Assembly (NCBI RefSeq): GCF_035594765.1
Contig: NC_085844.1
Span: forward strand, 242,746,107 to 242,810,106
DNA from: Anolis carolinensis
Lineage: Eukaryota
Length of the DNA stretch: 64,000 bases
Direction of reading: 5' to 3'
Below the pieces are notes generated by a model. That model did no database searches and was not told the origin of the DNA. It saw only the letters and a list, made by a program, of their open reading frames with translations. How positions within the stretch are numbered: the stretch's first letter is position 1; each line of letters opens with the position of its first letter. Shown here in pieces: positions 24,097 through 38,150 of this stretch. The position numbers were made by a program, and so were the translations under genes.

Positions 24097-26269
24097 TTAG
24101 AATTCTTGAATATTGATTGAGGGATCCAAACGAGACCTCCTTGATGTAAATTCAGGATGACTCAACATTCTAAAAGTTGCCCAGTTCACAGCATTCCTTG
24201 CCTTGACATTTTAGGACCAAGCCCTGAAACTCTTATTATAGGCAAGGAAAGTATGGGACAAAAATGTTTCTGGCTCACTCAACTTTAGAAATAGCAGGAG
24301 GGGTATCTGGGTAAAGGGGCCCAGAATGTGCATGAAACTTGGCTAACCAGATAATCTGGCAACCCAGGGTTTTGGTGATGACAGAGAGACACTGTTTTTC
24401 ATTTGTGACATGAGTTGCAGTGTTGGTCCTTCACTTCCTGGCTTGTTCCAAAGGGTGCAATGCATGTGGCCAGTGCCACCCATAAGAATGCCAGTTCTCT
24501 CATTAATTTTCTCCCTTTTCTTTTCAATTTGGGATGCGCCAACATTGCACAAATGCAACACACATGCCAACTTATTTGCGTTGATCCCAAGAGAAATGAC
24601 CCCAGCTGGAAATGGTGGAGATGGATGCTTGTACTCTGATCTGTGTCTCTTTATACATAAAAATCAGGAAGTCTCCTCCTCCAGTATTGCTTTGTTGTTG
24701 TTTGCATTCAAGTTATTTATAACTTATGGAAATCCTAAAGCAAACCTCTCATAGGGTTTCCTGAACCTATGGCTTGCCTAGGTCACACAATGGATTTTCA
24801 TGGTTGAGCAAGGATTAACTCTGGTCTCCAGAGTCATAATCCAACACACAAACTACTATGACACCGAAGATTTGTTGTCCCTCCTGATGATCACCAGGTG
24901 GGGAAATCTGAAGTAGAATAGTACTTTGCTAAAATATTTTCTAGTACTCTGAGATCCAGCAACCCTAGGGGAGTTGCTTGTCCCATCTCTTTGCTGGATA
25001 TTGCAGTAAAACATTTTAAACATTTTTTTAAAGAAAGGGGGAATATAATAGAGATCCTTGCTGTGACTTCATTAGGGATTAGAAATGTAAACTGACAAAT
25101 GCAATTTTTAGCAGCTGGGTACAGCTGCCCTCCCCCAGCACCTCATACCTTTAATTAGAACGGCCTGTGGTCTTTCCCCTAAAGCAGATAAGTAATAAAT
25201 AGGAGCCTTTTGTCGCCAGCAAGTTCGGCATTGTGAAATGGCACACTGCCTGCTCTTTTTTTATTTTTTGAAAAAAGTCTTTGATTAAGTCCAGCACTAA
25301 ATCTACAAACACAGAGGAAAAAGAACAGGAGCAATTTAGGCCTTGCCAGTTCCTGGCATTAAGTATGCAAATGCAGCAGCAGTTCTGGCTCAGAAAAACA
25401 GCGGGCGCTGAAAGGGGCTGCGGCAGCAAGCGGCACGACATCATTCATTTCCATCATTAAAACAAAAGCAGGATAAATTGCTACCTAATTTGTAAAATAT
25501 GCTTATCATATAGGCTCTTTGGTCTTTAAGAAAGGCACCAGCTGAATAAGAATCATGGAATTATTTGGGGACTGGGTGCAGGAGGGAAGAGGCACGGAAG
25601 GGGGGATGCCTCTGTCCTCATAGTGAGGCTGTTTTAGAAACATAGGATCAATGATGGGCATCCTGTTGAGTAATGCCAGGTAGAGTAGACCCACTGAGTC
25701 CATTTTTGAATAGTAAATAAACACAAGAGTCAATGGAAAAATTCAGTGGGAAGTTGTTATTTCTATCAAGTAGACTTTCACTTATGGTATGAATAAGAGC
25801 TCTCCAAGGGAACTCTTCAGTTGCACTGCTCAAGTCTTGCAGACTCAAGACTATGGTTTCCTTAGCTGAAGCAATCCACATGTAGAGTGTTTGTGTGTGT
25901 GTATGTCTTCCAGGCATCTGTCAGTTTATGATGACCCCATAGATTTCATAGGGTTTTTTTAAAGGAATACTCAGAAGTGACTTTGCCAGGTCCTTCTTCT
26001 GAAATATAGCCTACAGCACCTGGTATTCACGAATGGTCTTCCATCCAAGTACTAACCAGGGATGATCTTGTTTAGCTTCCAAAATCAGAAAGGATCTGGT
26101 GCCTTTAGGGTTTTTAGAAATGGTCTTCCCCATTCCTATGTATCATTGTGAAACTAAGTCAGTGTAAAGGACTGACAGGAATGAAATCAACTCATTAAAA
26201 CGTGGCGTTGTAGAGGGGTTCTGCAAATACTGAGAACTTCCTAAATGACAAATAAATGGGCCCTGGATC

Positions 26270-27055
26270 CAGAGCCGGCCCTAGGTATTTTTCAAGTGTA
26301 GGCGAACAGAATTTTGGCGCCCCCCCAAACCAATCACTGAAAAATAAAAGCGATGGATAAGCGAAAATGTTGGATAATAAGGAAGTATAAAGGAAAAGCC
26401 TATAAAACATCAAATTACATTATGATTTTAAAAATTAAGCACCAAAACATCATGTTTTACAACAAATCAATAGAAAAAGCAGTTCAATACATGGTAATGT
26501 TATGTAGGAATTACTATATTTGCAAATCTAGCACTAAACATTGAACAGGGATATAGGGCAGTGTGGACTTAGATAACCCAGATAGCCCTCAGTATTAAAA
26601 AAAACCCTCTAAAATCAGGACAATAAATAAAGAACAACACTCTGAAAACAGAAGAAATCCAGACAGTAAACAATCAGGGACAGCTAACACCTCCCAAAAA
26701 AAGATTATCCCAGGCAAGAAGAAGCCAGGCCTTGAAGCCACAGGGCGATTAAATGCTAATCAAGGTGATTAATTACAACATTCACACCTGCTTCAAAGAA
26801 AAGTTCTTTCTCCCACCCTGGACCTTCTACAGATATATAAACCCCACATACCTAGCTTCCAAGTTCCTACAGACCTCACAATCTCTGAAGGCCCCAAAGG
26901 TGGGCTTGCGTGGTGCGAAGGTGGGTCTGCGCTGGCCAGAAGGCCCGAAAGAGAAGGAGGTGGAGAGTGGTGCCCTCCTCCCAGGACGATGGTGCCCCCG
27001 GGACGATGGCGCCACAGGCAAATGCCTATTTCGCCTTATGGTTGGACCGCCTCTG
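26270..27055. mobile_element. Composite non-autonomous hAT element
   Basis: TIRs CAGAGCCGGCCCTA / TTGGACCGCCTCTG and a perfect 8-bp TSD CCTGGATC (26262-26269, 27056-27063). The interior contains Tc1/mariner and Penelope fragments. Confidence 0.88.
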
Positions 27056-28629
27056 CCTGGATCTGAACTCTTTCTCTGGAAGATAAGATGTCTAAACTGA
27101 AGCTGTTGTATGTCGGCCCTATCATGAGAAGATGTAAAAAAACAACAACCATGCTTGTTAAGACAGTAGGAAAAGAGGAAGACTGTATTCCATAAGGATG
27201 GACTCAATCAAGGATGCCACTGACCTGAATCTGCAAGAACTGAGTATGGCTATTGCATAAAGGGTGGGTTAAAGGCCTCTTATTCATTTTAATTCAATTA
27301 CATTTTTATTTAGACAAATTCAAACAAAAATCTACATGCAAACATATAACTCCCTCCCAAAAAAAATCATTAACAACAAAAATATTAAAAATACTTTTTC
27401 TGGAGTAATACTACTACGTCCAAAACATCAACTACAAACTACAAACAATCTATGTTATCCAATATAAATGCTTTACATTCTCTGTCATTTTCTCTCCCAT
27501 TTAGTAAAAAATACACACCCACATAATAACACACCTCTAGTCCAAAACTACCTCAGTGATGGAAATTTGGCCCCAAATTTGCTGGAGGAACCAATAAATG
27601 GGCTCCTGATTCATATGGTCACCATCAATTGAAGTCACTTGACAACAGTTAACAACATCAAAATACTGTCTCTTTTTTCCCAATTGCCCTCCATTATGCT
27701 GAGCATTTTCATCTTTTCCGGTGAGTCACAACACACACATCATACATTTCATTACAACATAAAATCAGACATACCAGAAATGCTATATAAGGATAGAACA
27801 GTCCAGCCTCCTATCATGAAGAAAGCAACAGCCAAAGCATTCCTAAAAATTGCCACCAAATCTCTGTTTAAAGACCTCCTTGCTTTCTGAAATAGCTGAT
27901 TTTATTTATTTAGATGATTTAAATACCACTCTTCAGCCAAAAAGACCACAGGTGAGCTGGCATGAGGAATCCTATTATGATTTATTATCATGTCCATCAA
28001 CCTTTAGCATCAGTTCTTCCTTATGTTTTGATGGCAGCTCTTTCCTTGTAATTGAAATTGTATTTTTAAATTTTAATTTCTATCCTGCTTCTATAACATT
28101 ATATTATCTGCTGTGATCAGTTTGTAAAACACTTTGGAACTAGACTGTTTTGATCCATTCTGACTTGCTTGCCACAATTGATGCAAGTACAGTGGATTTA
28201 ACTTAGGCTTGTCCAGTAATAATGGATACTTTTCAGTTTGTACTGCTTGATGATATGAACAGAATTATTCTAGAAGTAAGAGTCCAGCATACATTTGGTT
28301 GACAATTGTTTCTTGGCATACTAAAATGGCCGGGGCAAACTTGCCAAGTGGGTATGAATAGTGATGAATACTGCTTTGTGACAAATTGTGGTTTCATTGG
28401 CACATAAACATGTGTCTCACTTTGAATCTGTCTGGGTGTTAAGATCAGAATAAGATCATATAAGAACATTATTGTCAGAGTAGATTTGCTTAATAGGTAT
28501 CTGGGAGGAGACTTTTTCTTGTGTTACTTCATACTATGGAATAAACTGTTCATGGAGATGGGATTAGTAAAGTTGTGTGGAAACATGCCTTCAAAACAGG
28601 CTTTTGAACCATCTTATAACCAGCTTGAA

Positions 28630-29250
28630 CATAATACATGTGAAAGGGCTCTATGGGCTATAGGAGACTACAAGCTAAACATGTGCCACCAACATGATGT
28701 AGCAGCAAAAAAGTCAATGCAGTTTTAAACTACATTCAGGAGAGTATAATGTCTAGATCAAGAGACTTTATAATGCCACCATATTATTCTTTGGCCAAGT
28801 CTCACCTGGAACCCTATGTCTAGTTCTAAGATGCACAGTAAAAAAGAATACCGAAAAGCTTGAATGTGCCGAGGCCAAGATAGGCAAAGACCTAGAAACC
28901 ATGCACTGTGATGAGCACCATAGAAAGCTGAGCATGTTCATCTTGGAGAGCTGTATTTAGATACCTGTAGGGATGTCACATAGAAGATGGAGTGAGCTTT
29001 TTTTCCCTGCTGCTCCCTAGACTAAAACACAAACCAAATGACAAGAAATGCCTAAACATTAGGATGCACTTTTTGACTGTAAGAGCTGTTCAAAGAAGGT
29101 ATAATGTGCCTTGGAAAGTAATGGATTCTCCTTCTTTGGAAATCTTTAAGTAGACTACATTGACATTTTTCAGAAATGTCAATTTATTCTTGTATGACAG
29201 GGAGCTGGATTAGAAAGCCTCTGGTCTTTTTCAGCTTGATGGATTACATG
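28630..29250 (+). mobile_element. Old CR1 fragment
   Basis: Relic TCERAL..IGDYKLNMCHQHDVAAKK and downstream collinearity to the CR1 3' UTR. Confidence 0.8.
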
Positions 29251-29860
29251 ATGATTGATTATTGTTTCATTACTCCTAGCAGAAAATTTCATAGTCAATA
29301 TTCATACAGAATAATTCATTTGGTGATTTCTCATCTGTCATTACTTTTTTGTTATTTTAATATTAGTATTAGTATTTTTTAAATATTGTTTTAATGTGTG
29401 ATTAATCAGTAGCAGATGTTCCTGATAAATTGTTCTGCTCTTATCTTTTGTCCAAATTTTAGAGGGACTGTCCAAACTGTTAAACTTATTTGGATCTTAG
29501 GAATCAGCACCATGGATAATTCCTTCAAAATGTGGGCTGAAACCGGGATTGCATCCATCTCCCCCCCTAACATAGATGCCATAAACCAGTTCGATATAAA
29601 ACTGTTTGATATAAAAATGGCATAAACTTGAAAAGTTTAAGAAAACATATTTTTGAAAAAGTAACTTCCAAAAGTAAGCAGCCATTCTTGGAAGATGCAA
29701 GTTATTATTTAATCAACACATCACTGAATGTATATCTTATCTTTCTCCTTGGATAGGTGCTTTGAAGTTCACATAAAATCTGGACTGGAATTGGCACCCC
29801 ACTGTCATGGAAGCCAACAGTTGCTGCTAAGATTGATACAAGAATGAGATAAACCCTGAA

Positions 29861-30129
29861 GTAAGTAAAGGTAAAGGTTTTCCCAGACGTTAAGTCCAGT
29901 CATGTCTGACTTTGGGGGTTGGTGCTCATCTTCATTTCTAAGCCGAAGAGCCCGCATTGTCCGTAGACACCTCCAAGGTCATGTGGCCAGCATGATTGCA
30001 TGGAGTTGTTACCTTCCCGCCGGAGTGGTACCTATTGATCTACTCACATTGGCATGTTTTCGAACTGCTAGGTTGGCAGAAGCTGGAGCAAGAGCGAGCG
30101 CTCACTCCGCTCCCGGGATTTGAACCTTT
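29861..30129 (-). mobile_element. Sauria SINE, 5'-truncated just upstream of the B box
   Basis: Core and tail present. TSD ACCCTGAA at 29853-29860 and 30131-30138. Confidence 0.9.
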
Positions 30130-31112
30130 GACCCTGAAAAACACATGCAAAAAATTGTCTTTAAAAAAGTAGCATTTCAAAGTAAACGGTCATGACTTGG
30201 TACCCAGATTAAGTAACTGTGTTCCCACCTGCTACATTGCTTATGAAATATAAAGGCATTCCTCCTTTGTTACCAAAAATAAAGATAACTTCTTCCAGAT
30301 AACAGTGTTGTGGTTCTGATCTGTTTCGTGTGAGCTCTGGTGATTCTTTATTTGCTTCTTTGTTGCCTGACATGACTGTGGTTCTCCTAATCTGTGCACT
30401 GGGGTCTCCTTTGCATTTGCCATGCAGCCTGCAGACAAAGGAGGAAGACGGTAGACCTCTCTTTGACTATGCAAAGTGTCCTTGGTTGATTTCCCAGCTG
30501 TTCAACCATTCAGCTGTTAAAGGACACTGCCTCTGGCGGTACAGAGTCCCCACTGCTGTTGTGCTGGGGTGTCACCAGATGGAGCCGAATGCAGTCATTG
30601 AGGCTGGGTACAGACTCTCAGATGCCTGCTTTCTCTTGGCATATGCAAATAGGTCCCGGGCATCTGGTTCTCTTTTGTTTGGGGAGGGGGCCGGGTTTGC
30701 TTAAAAAAAGAAACAATCGTAAATTCAAACAAGCACCCTGTGGATAGGGCGCTCCTCGGATTGTGGGGAGGCCAACACCACTGGATGGAGCCGCTCTGAT
30801 TTATGATTAGGCAGGATGGATGGGTGGAATGACAAGGAGGAGGCTGCTGGTCATTCGGTTAGATTTGAGGCTATACTTTGTTCCAGGAGAAATCATGGCC
30901 TCTTTTCTGTTTAACTTGTGGAAGGGGGAAGGATGTCATTTCATTAGTTAGCAAAATTGCCAGAATGGGATTGGAAGGGGATACATTTAGAGCTCGCCTT
31001 TCTTTTGATGAGCTGAAAGCAGGATACATAACTTTGCAGTGCTCCTCTGGACCTCCCCTCCAAATTCTGATATTAAGGTCGTTGTTGGACATATTTTAAG
31101 AATTAGGGACAT

Positions 31113-31367
31113 TTTTTTTTTCGTGTCAGGAGCAACTTGAGTCTCTTCTGGAGTGAGAGAATTGGCTGTCTACAAGGACATTGCCCAGGGGACGCCCGGA
31201 TGTTTTTACCATCCTTGTGGGAGGCTTCTCTCATGTCCCTGCATGGAGCTGGAGCTGATAGAGGGAGCTCATCCGCACTCTCTCTGGGTGGGATTCGAAC
31301 CTGGCAGCTTTCAGGTCAGCAGCCCAACCTTCAAGTCACTGAGTCCACTACGCCATCTGGGGGTTCC
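31113..31367 (-). mobile_element. Anolis SINE2-like element
   Basis: tRNA head (GGTTCGAATCC), body GAGCTCCCTCTATCAGCTCCAGCTCC and poly(A) tail. TSD ATTAGGGACAT at 31102-31112 and 31368-31378. Confidence 0.85.
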
Positions 31368-31475
31368 ATTAGGGACATGAAAAGAAATGAAATGAAACTG
31401 ATATGCTGACTATTGGCAATCTTAGGTGTTTTCTTAGCTGACAGAAATTTGAACAGTATTATCTTTTATGAACAG

Positions 31476-32432
31476 TTGGTGGTATGGGGATACTAAGTCA
31501 CCTTGTTTGTCTCCTGAGGAATCTGTATAATGACCAAGTAGCAACAGTAAGAACAGACCATGGAACAAACTGGTTCAAGATTGGGAAAGAGGTATGGCAG
31601 GGCTGTATACTCTCTCCCGGCCTGTTCAACTTGTATGCAAAACACATCATGCGACATGCAGGGCTTGATTAATCCAAGGCTGGAGTTAAAATTGCTGGAA
31701 GAAACATGAACAACCTTAGGTATGCAGATGATACAACTCTGATGGCTGAAAGCGAGGAGGAGCTGAGGAGCCTTATCACCAAGGTGAAAAAAGAAAGTGT
31801 AAAAATCTGGGTTGTAGTTAAACATGAAGAAAACCAAGATTATGACAACCACACTGATTGATAACTGGCAAATAGAGGGAGAAAACGTGGAGGAAATATT
31901 TGTATTTCTAGGTGCAAAGATTACTGCAGATGCAGACTGCAGCCAGGAAACCAGAAGATGTTTACTTCTTGGGTGGAGAGCAAAAACCAATCTCAATAAA
32001 ATAGTGAAGAGTAGAGACATCACACTGGCAATGGTATTCCCCATAGTAACCTATGGATACGAGAGCTGGACCATAAGGAAGACTGAGCGAAGGAAGAGAG
32101 ACGCTTTTGAAATGTGATGTTGGAGGAGAATCCTGAGAGTGCCTTGGACCGCAAGAAGATCCAACCAGTCCATCCTCCAGGAAATAATGCCCGACTGCTC
32201 ACTGGAGGGAAGGATATTAGAGGCAAAGATGAAATACTTTGGCCACATAATGAGAAGACAGGAAAGCTTGGAGAAGAGAATGATGCTGAGGAAGATGGAT
32301 GGATGGTGCCCTTGAAGTGACTGACTTGACCCTGAAAGAGCTGGGGGTGGCCACGGCAGACAGGGAGCTCTGGCGTGGACTGGTCCATGAGGTTACAAAG
32401 AGTCAGAAGCGACTGAATGAATAAACAACAAA
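31476..32432 (+). mobile_element. RTE-BovB LINE 3' fragment with a decayed RT
   Basis: Relic MGILSHLVCLLRNLY...QGCILSP.LFNLY, NNLRYADD (31708-31731) and YGYESWTIRK. Tail GAGTCAGAAGCGACTGAATGAATAAACAACAA. Confidence 0.92.
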
Positions 32433-35400
32433 GCTATGTCAAAAATCTAACCCATTTATGTCATTTCTAGATGGGGAAATTATCAAATAGGGTAATATGA
32501 ACAAATGCATGTGCCTGTTGATATAGGGAGACCCAATGAAATTCATAGGGTTTTCTTAGGCAAGAAATATTCAGAGGTGGCTTTACCAGTTCTTTTTTCT
32601 GAAATATAGCCTACAGTTCCTGGTATTCATTGGAGGTTTTCTATCCAAGTGCTAACAAGGCATACACACACAATCCTGCACTAAATATAGACATTGCACA
32701 CTGGACAAAAATGCCCAGCCAAAATGTCAGTTGGTTAAAGAGGTACATAGAAGAATATACACACAGAGAAGACATCAATGGGATGTTCTTTAAGCTTTGG
32801 GGAGTTCCTGCATAATCCTTGGGAAACTCTTGATGACTGTGGTACATGGTACTGAGAAAGGCAGACCAATGTTCTCACCTACTCTAAAACATTTCGGTGT
32901 GTTTTCTAATGTGTTGCATCTGAAGTCAAGTGATTAAAATCATTTGTCATGATGAAGTGTTCTTTGGATGTTGTTGGACTGCAAGTCCCTTCAAACCTGA
33001 CCATTGGCCATTATGATAGGAGTTAAGGCTCAACTTTTATCTTGTATCCCATGCCTGTTCTTGACCATTTATCACCATTGTTAACTCCCATTTCTGAATT
33101 GTTTCCAGCCAGTTCACATCTTTCATGAATATTCGCTTCCATCATGCACATACTTCATTTATACTTTTTAGCACTGCAGTGCTGACTAGCAACACTTCCC
33201 AAATCTATAAGCAACACCCAAATGCCAGTCAAGCATGGGATTTTTTTTTTCTGGATGCAACTGATGTTATCTCACCTACACAAAACCACCCTTTAAAAGA
33301 AGAGTGAAGATGCGTAATGGGATCCTAACACTTCTGCTGCTGTTGTGATGGCCCCCTCTCCCTTAGCAGCTCAAGCTGTTCCTGCAAAGTTGTTGTATAA
33401 ATATTTTTTTGTGTACCACTCTGTATGTGAAGCCATGTTTGGACTCAAATGTGTCTGTGCAACCAGCTGTCAAATAACCTCTGCCAACAGCAGGGGCTTC
33501 CTTGTAGACTGAAATTTGATAGAAGACAGATAGAGAGATAGCTACTAAATAGAAGCTTGGTTGGTTGCACTTTTAGATAAACAGAGTTCTCTGGGTAGTG
33601 TACAACACGTTCAACAAATATAAGATACAAACAAGAAAACAATGACTGAAGACAAGATGGAATAAAAACCAAGATAAAGCATGTAGCAAAAAGGAAAGAC
33701 ACCAAGATAAAGCAGGTAAGAAGGAGGAAAGAGGATCTTCACTGCTATGGCACCAGAGTTTTGGAATGCCCTCTCTTTGGGCAGCCATTTGGTGCCAACA
33801 CCAAGCTAAAGGCTGGATCTACAGTGCCATATAAATACAGTTTGGAACTGCATGATGTAGTTAGTGTAGAGCCATATAATGCAATTCCATGGTGTTCTAA
33901 ACTGCATGATATGGCACTGCAGTTCCAACCCAAATCTGTCTTCGTTCCACGATTTTAGGGGCTAAGAGATCAAGGCCTGGCTAAGTCATGGAGCTCTCAT
34001 AAAGCATTCACTGTGTATACTATTCAAGGCCATTAAAAAAGATTTAGGCTGCTTTAAATTGGTTTAGACTCTTTAATGATGCTTTTTAGCCTCTACCTGC
34101 CTCGAGGTCTTTTGATATAGGGCAGGCTGTAAAGATTTTTAATAAGCAGATAAATACATTGCTGCAAAGTAAAATCAGCACAAAAAAAGTGCTCAGATCA
34201 AAAAGCACAAAACAAATCCTTAAGAGTTTATTTCTACTCTGAAGTTATAGATGTTGGATCCTATGTTACCTGCCATCCCATTTTACCTATGGAATCCTAG
34301 AATGTGAAGTTTATAGGATGCTTAGAATTATCTGTTTGGGAGTCTTAGCGCTGCTGTTCAAGGTATTCCCATAGCACTCTCAGGCAAAAAATTCCATCTA
34401 TTAATCCAATAATCCCAGACCTTGTAGATACATGACCTTTATGTATACTGTGCATTGCCATAAATAAAAATGAGTGAGCCTTGGAGCAAATCAAGCCTAA
34501 TTCTCCATAGATGCCACAATGACTAAACTGACACTGTCATAGTTTGGATATATCATGACATGATGTGCCTGATTAAAATGGATTATAATGCTTGGCAAAA
34601 CAGAGGAAGACCACACTACAAGTGGATTGGTTCAGTCATGGAAGCCACAGTTGCCCTAAGTTTGCAATACTTGAAGAGGGCAATAATGACTGAGATTCAT
34701 GGTGATCATAAGGTTGCCATAAGTTAATGTTGACTTGACAGCAAACAACAGCAACCGCAACATAGGATTCCTAGGTCTGCAGCATACAGTCTACCTACAC
34801 CTTGAATCACCATTCAACAATTTTTGGATGTGTGTACTCAAGCTGTGGCTACCTAAGAAGATGCCAACCAATGCCTCCAATACACACATACACATAAATA
34901 TGTATACATACATGCACATACAAAATTCTAACATTTTTTCAAGACTTAAATGCATCTATGTATCTGGCAGGACAGCCCACAAATGGATTCTCCTCAAGGT
35001 ATTGATAGGTATCACAAATGGAGGACCAGTAAACCCAGAGAACAATCCCCCAATTATTATTTAAATCTTTTCACTTGCAATTTGAATTAATTGAGTTTGA
35101 TTGGCCTACTCTCTGGTACCTGCCAGGACTTTCATGGCCAAAACTGCAGCCATCCTGGCTTGTATGCTGGGAGTTGTAGTTCAACTAAGAAAGATGAAAA
35201 GTCAGAGTAGAAAAACAGGAAAATCTACAACAAAAATGTTTTCTGAAGTTTTTTGTTACTTCATAAAAATTGGTAAAATATAGTATTAATTTTAGAATTG
35301 TGAATAAAATATATCATAAAGTGTTTACTGTATATATTTTACTATCCCCACATTACTTCTAAAAATTACACAGTAGATAGACTTATATATAAGACTGTAT

Positions 35401-36871
35401 AATATCACCCATCATTGCAGTTTCCGGTCATGGCTACCAAGTCTCAGGTCTTTTCATGGGAACGAGGGCTTTATGTTGGCACTATGGGGGATTAGGAGAG
35501 ACAAAACAGTTTTCTTTGTTGACTAATGTCAATGGTTTCCTGTGTTTTTATTGCTTGCTTTTGCTAGTTTATGAGTAGCAAGCAGAAGGGGGGGATAATA
35601 AACCTGAAAGATGTTTCTTATAATTCAGGTGTTTCTTGGCTTTTTGGACCATTTAGATCTATTTTTAGCATTTTTTTAAAATAAATCCAATTTGTAAATG
35701 TAGTTTATGATCTGAGAGTAACGAACTTTAAATATGTAAAGCATGCTTCTAATATATGCTACCTTTCTCCCAGGGCCCTTCTACACATGCTGTAAAATCA
35801 AGAAGTAATTGGGTTAAAAGGGAGGAGGCATGGCTAAACAACATTTAGCCAAAGTGTAGTAGGGATCGGGTTAAGAGGTAAAAAGTACGTGCTAAAAAGG
35901 TGCACTCATAACCCGATTCCAGTTGGAAAATGAGCACTTTTGCATGACTGAATATCCTTGCAGTCATGCAAACATATGTTTTCCTCCCTCCATCCTGTGT
36001 GGACTGCTCCAGTGCATGTGCACTTTTTAAAAGCCCAAAACAGTTGATCAGCTGATGGGCTGTCAAACGGACACACAGGTGGTTTAAGTGAAGCACTAAT
36101 GGAGCTCAATTAGAGATCTCTGAAACTCTTTATTTTACACTTTATAATCTTAAGCAGAGGTTGAATTAACAATTGAGAGAAGAGAGATATTTCACTGAAG
36201 ATTTTTTTTTTAAATCCCTTTTATGCGCTGGACTTCATATGCACACATGCAAATCTGCTTATATTTATATTAAGATATTCGCATATATAGTCTAACACAT
36301 AACGGAATGAATCGTTTGAAAAAAGATTTCCGTCAGATGTCCTCCATCCACCCTGAATCTCGATCCACTTCAAAAGAAGACTGTGAGGATGGCAGGGGAC
36401 CTTATCCCTGGGCTGACAGGTCTGTGCGTAAACCTGCTGTCAGATCATGTGATTTTTAAACCCACTTTTAAAACATGGACCTTGGTGCTTTTAAATTGCT
36501 TTTAAACCCAGTGGAATTAAGGTGGCTTCCAAAGGAATTTTTAAATTCTCAATAAAAATTAAAAGAATTAAAAGTATAAACACGTTTCAAAAAACAAACA
36601 AGTTGAAAAGAAATAAAATATCACTCTAAAAATTTCTCCTGCTTACATATTAAAAGCTTGCTTGAATAGAAATGTCTTCGTGCAAGGGCATTTCTGAGGA
36701 TGGGAGCAGCTACTGACAAGGCTCGCCTTCATCTCCTCATCAGGCAAGATTTAAACCTCTAGTAAGTTTTTACAGGAAGATACAGGCTTTCAGAAAGTCT
36801 AGGTCTAAACCATATATGATTTTATAGATCATGACAAGTATTTTGAATTGTGCCCAGGAAAAACCTACTAT

Positions 36872-37101
36872 GGTAGAGTCTCACTTATCCAACATAAACG
36901 GGCTGGCAGAATGTTGGATAAGCGAATATGTTGGATAATAAGGAGGCATTAAAGAAAAGCCTATTAAACATCAAATTAGGTTATGATTTTACAAATTAAG
37001 CACCAAAACATCATGTTATACAACAAATTTGACAGAAAAAAAGTAGTTCAATACACAGTAATGCTATATAGTAATTACTGTATTTACGAATTTAGCACCA
37101 A
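36872..37101. mobile_element. Partial copy of the same Tc1/mariner element
   Basis: GTAGAGTCTCACTTATCCAACATAAAC and following sequence collinear with 14348-14565. Confidence 0.85.
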
Positions 37102-38150
37102 AAGACTTGCAGTAAAACTGGTGGAAATTGAACATAGAAGATCCCGGAAGACCTATGGATGGCTAGAGAAAAATTCTCTCTAATTGACCATAGGTCATGT
37201 TGGAAGACCTAGAGATCCCTAGAGAGAACATATTATCAAATCTGCAAAAGTTACCCAAGCCAATGTTGAGGGTGAAGTGGCTGGTATGAGCATCGGTGCT
37301 CCACAGGGCCCCCTTCTCACTGGAGGGAAGGAAGAACTGAAGCCAACCTGATCAGAAGGAATTGGGAGATCAGGAAAGCCCAGCAAGAATGATCTAAATT
37401 GAAATTGGTCCACCATTTCCAGCTCATTATTATTACCTTTTCAGTTCAAGTGTAATAAATGAATTTGGTTGCAGAACATCTGTGGGGAATATGGGTTTAA
37501 CAGGTTCCTTAGACCAGTCTTTCTTTTATCTCACTTAAAAACTCATTTGGAAACTAGCTCTGAATATGATGCATTTTGATAGCATGACCTAATACACTGA
37601 CACTCAATTACCTCTATTAATTTATTATTCATGATGAAAAATTCTAATAAATGGTGAAAAATTATTCTAATAACATTTTATTCTATTACACCATCTCTCT
37701 AGATAGTTGCAGTCAAATAGTTAAAGCCAGTTACTAAAGATTTGTTCTTTTCTTGCCATTCATCTGTTTCTAATGAAGTTCACTGAAATGAAATTCACTC
37801 CATTGGGTACCATGCTTGCTAGACACTGTAGGCTAGGTTTGGTCGTGGAAGCAAGGGGAGATGAGAAACCAAGGTTCAACATTTGGCAGAGCAGATGACA
37901 AGCAGGAACTATATGAATTGAAGCAGAGTTGTGTAGGTAGAATCTGAATCCTAGTCTGGTGAGTTGGGTGTATGTGCAGTAAGCATGGACTACACTTAGT
38001 GACAGCATCAAAAGGGCTGACATGAAAATGACTCTCCCCACCTTCTGTGTGGTGAGGGAATGTGTAAACACCTCACCCCTGCAAGATACACATGTGTTAG
38101 ACTTCTGCTAAGTGCACTCACAGGTCCAGTGGGGAAAGGGCAGAGGCAGT

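Noticed and set aside
23780-24116. ORFs running into X residues
   Set aside because: Artefact of the assembly gap.
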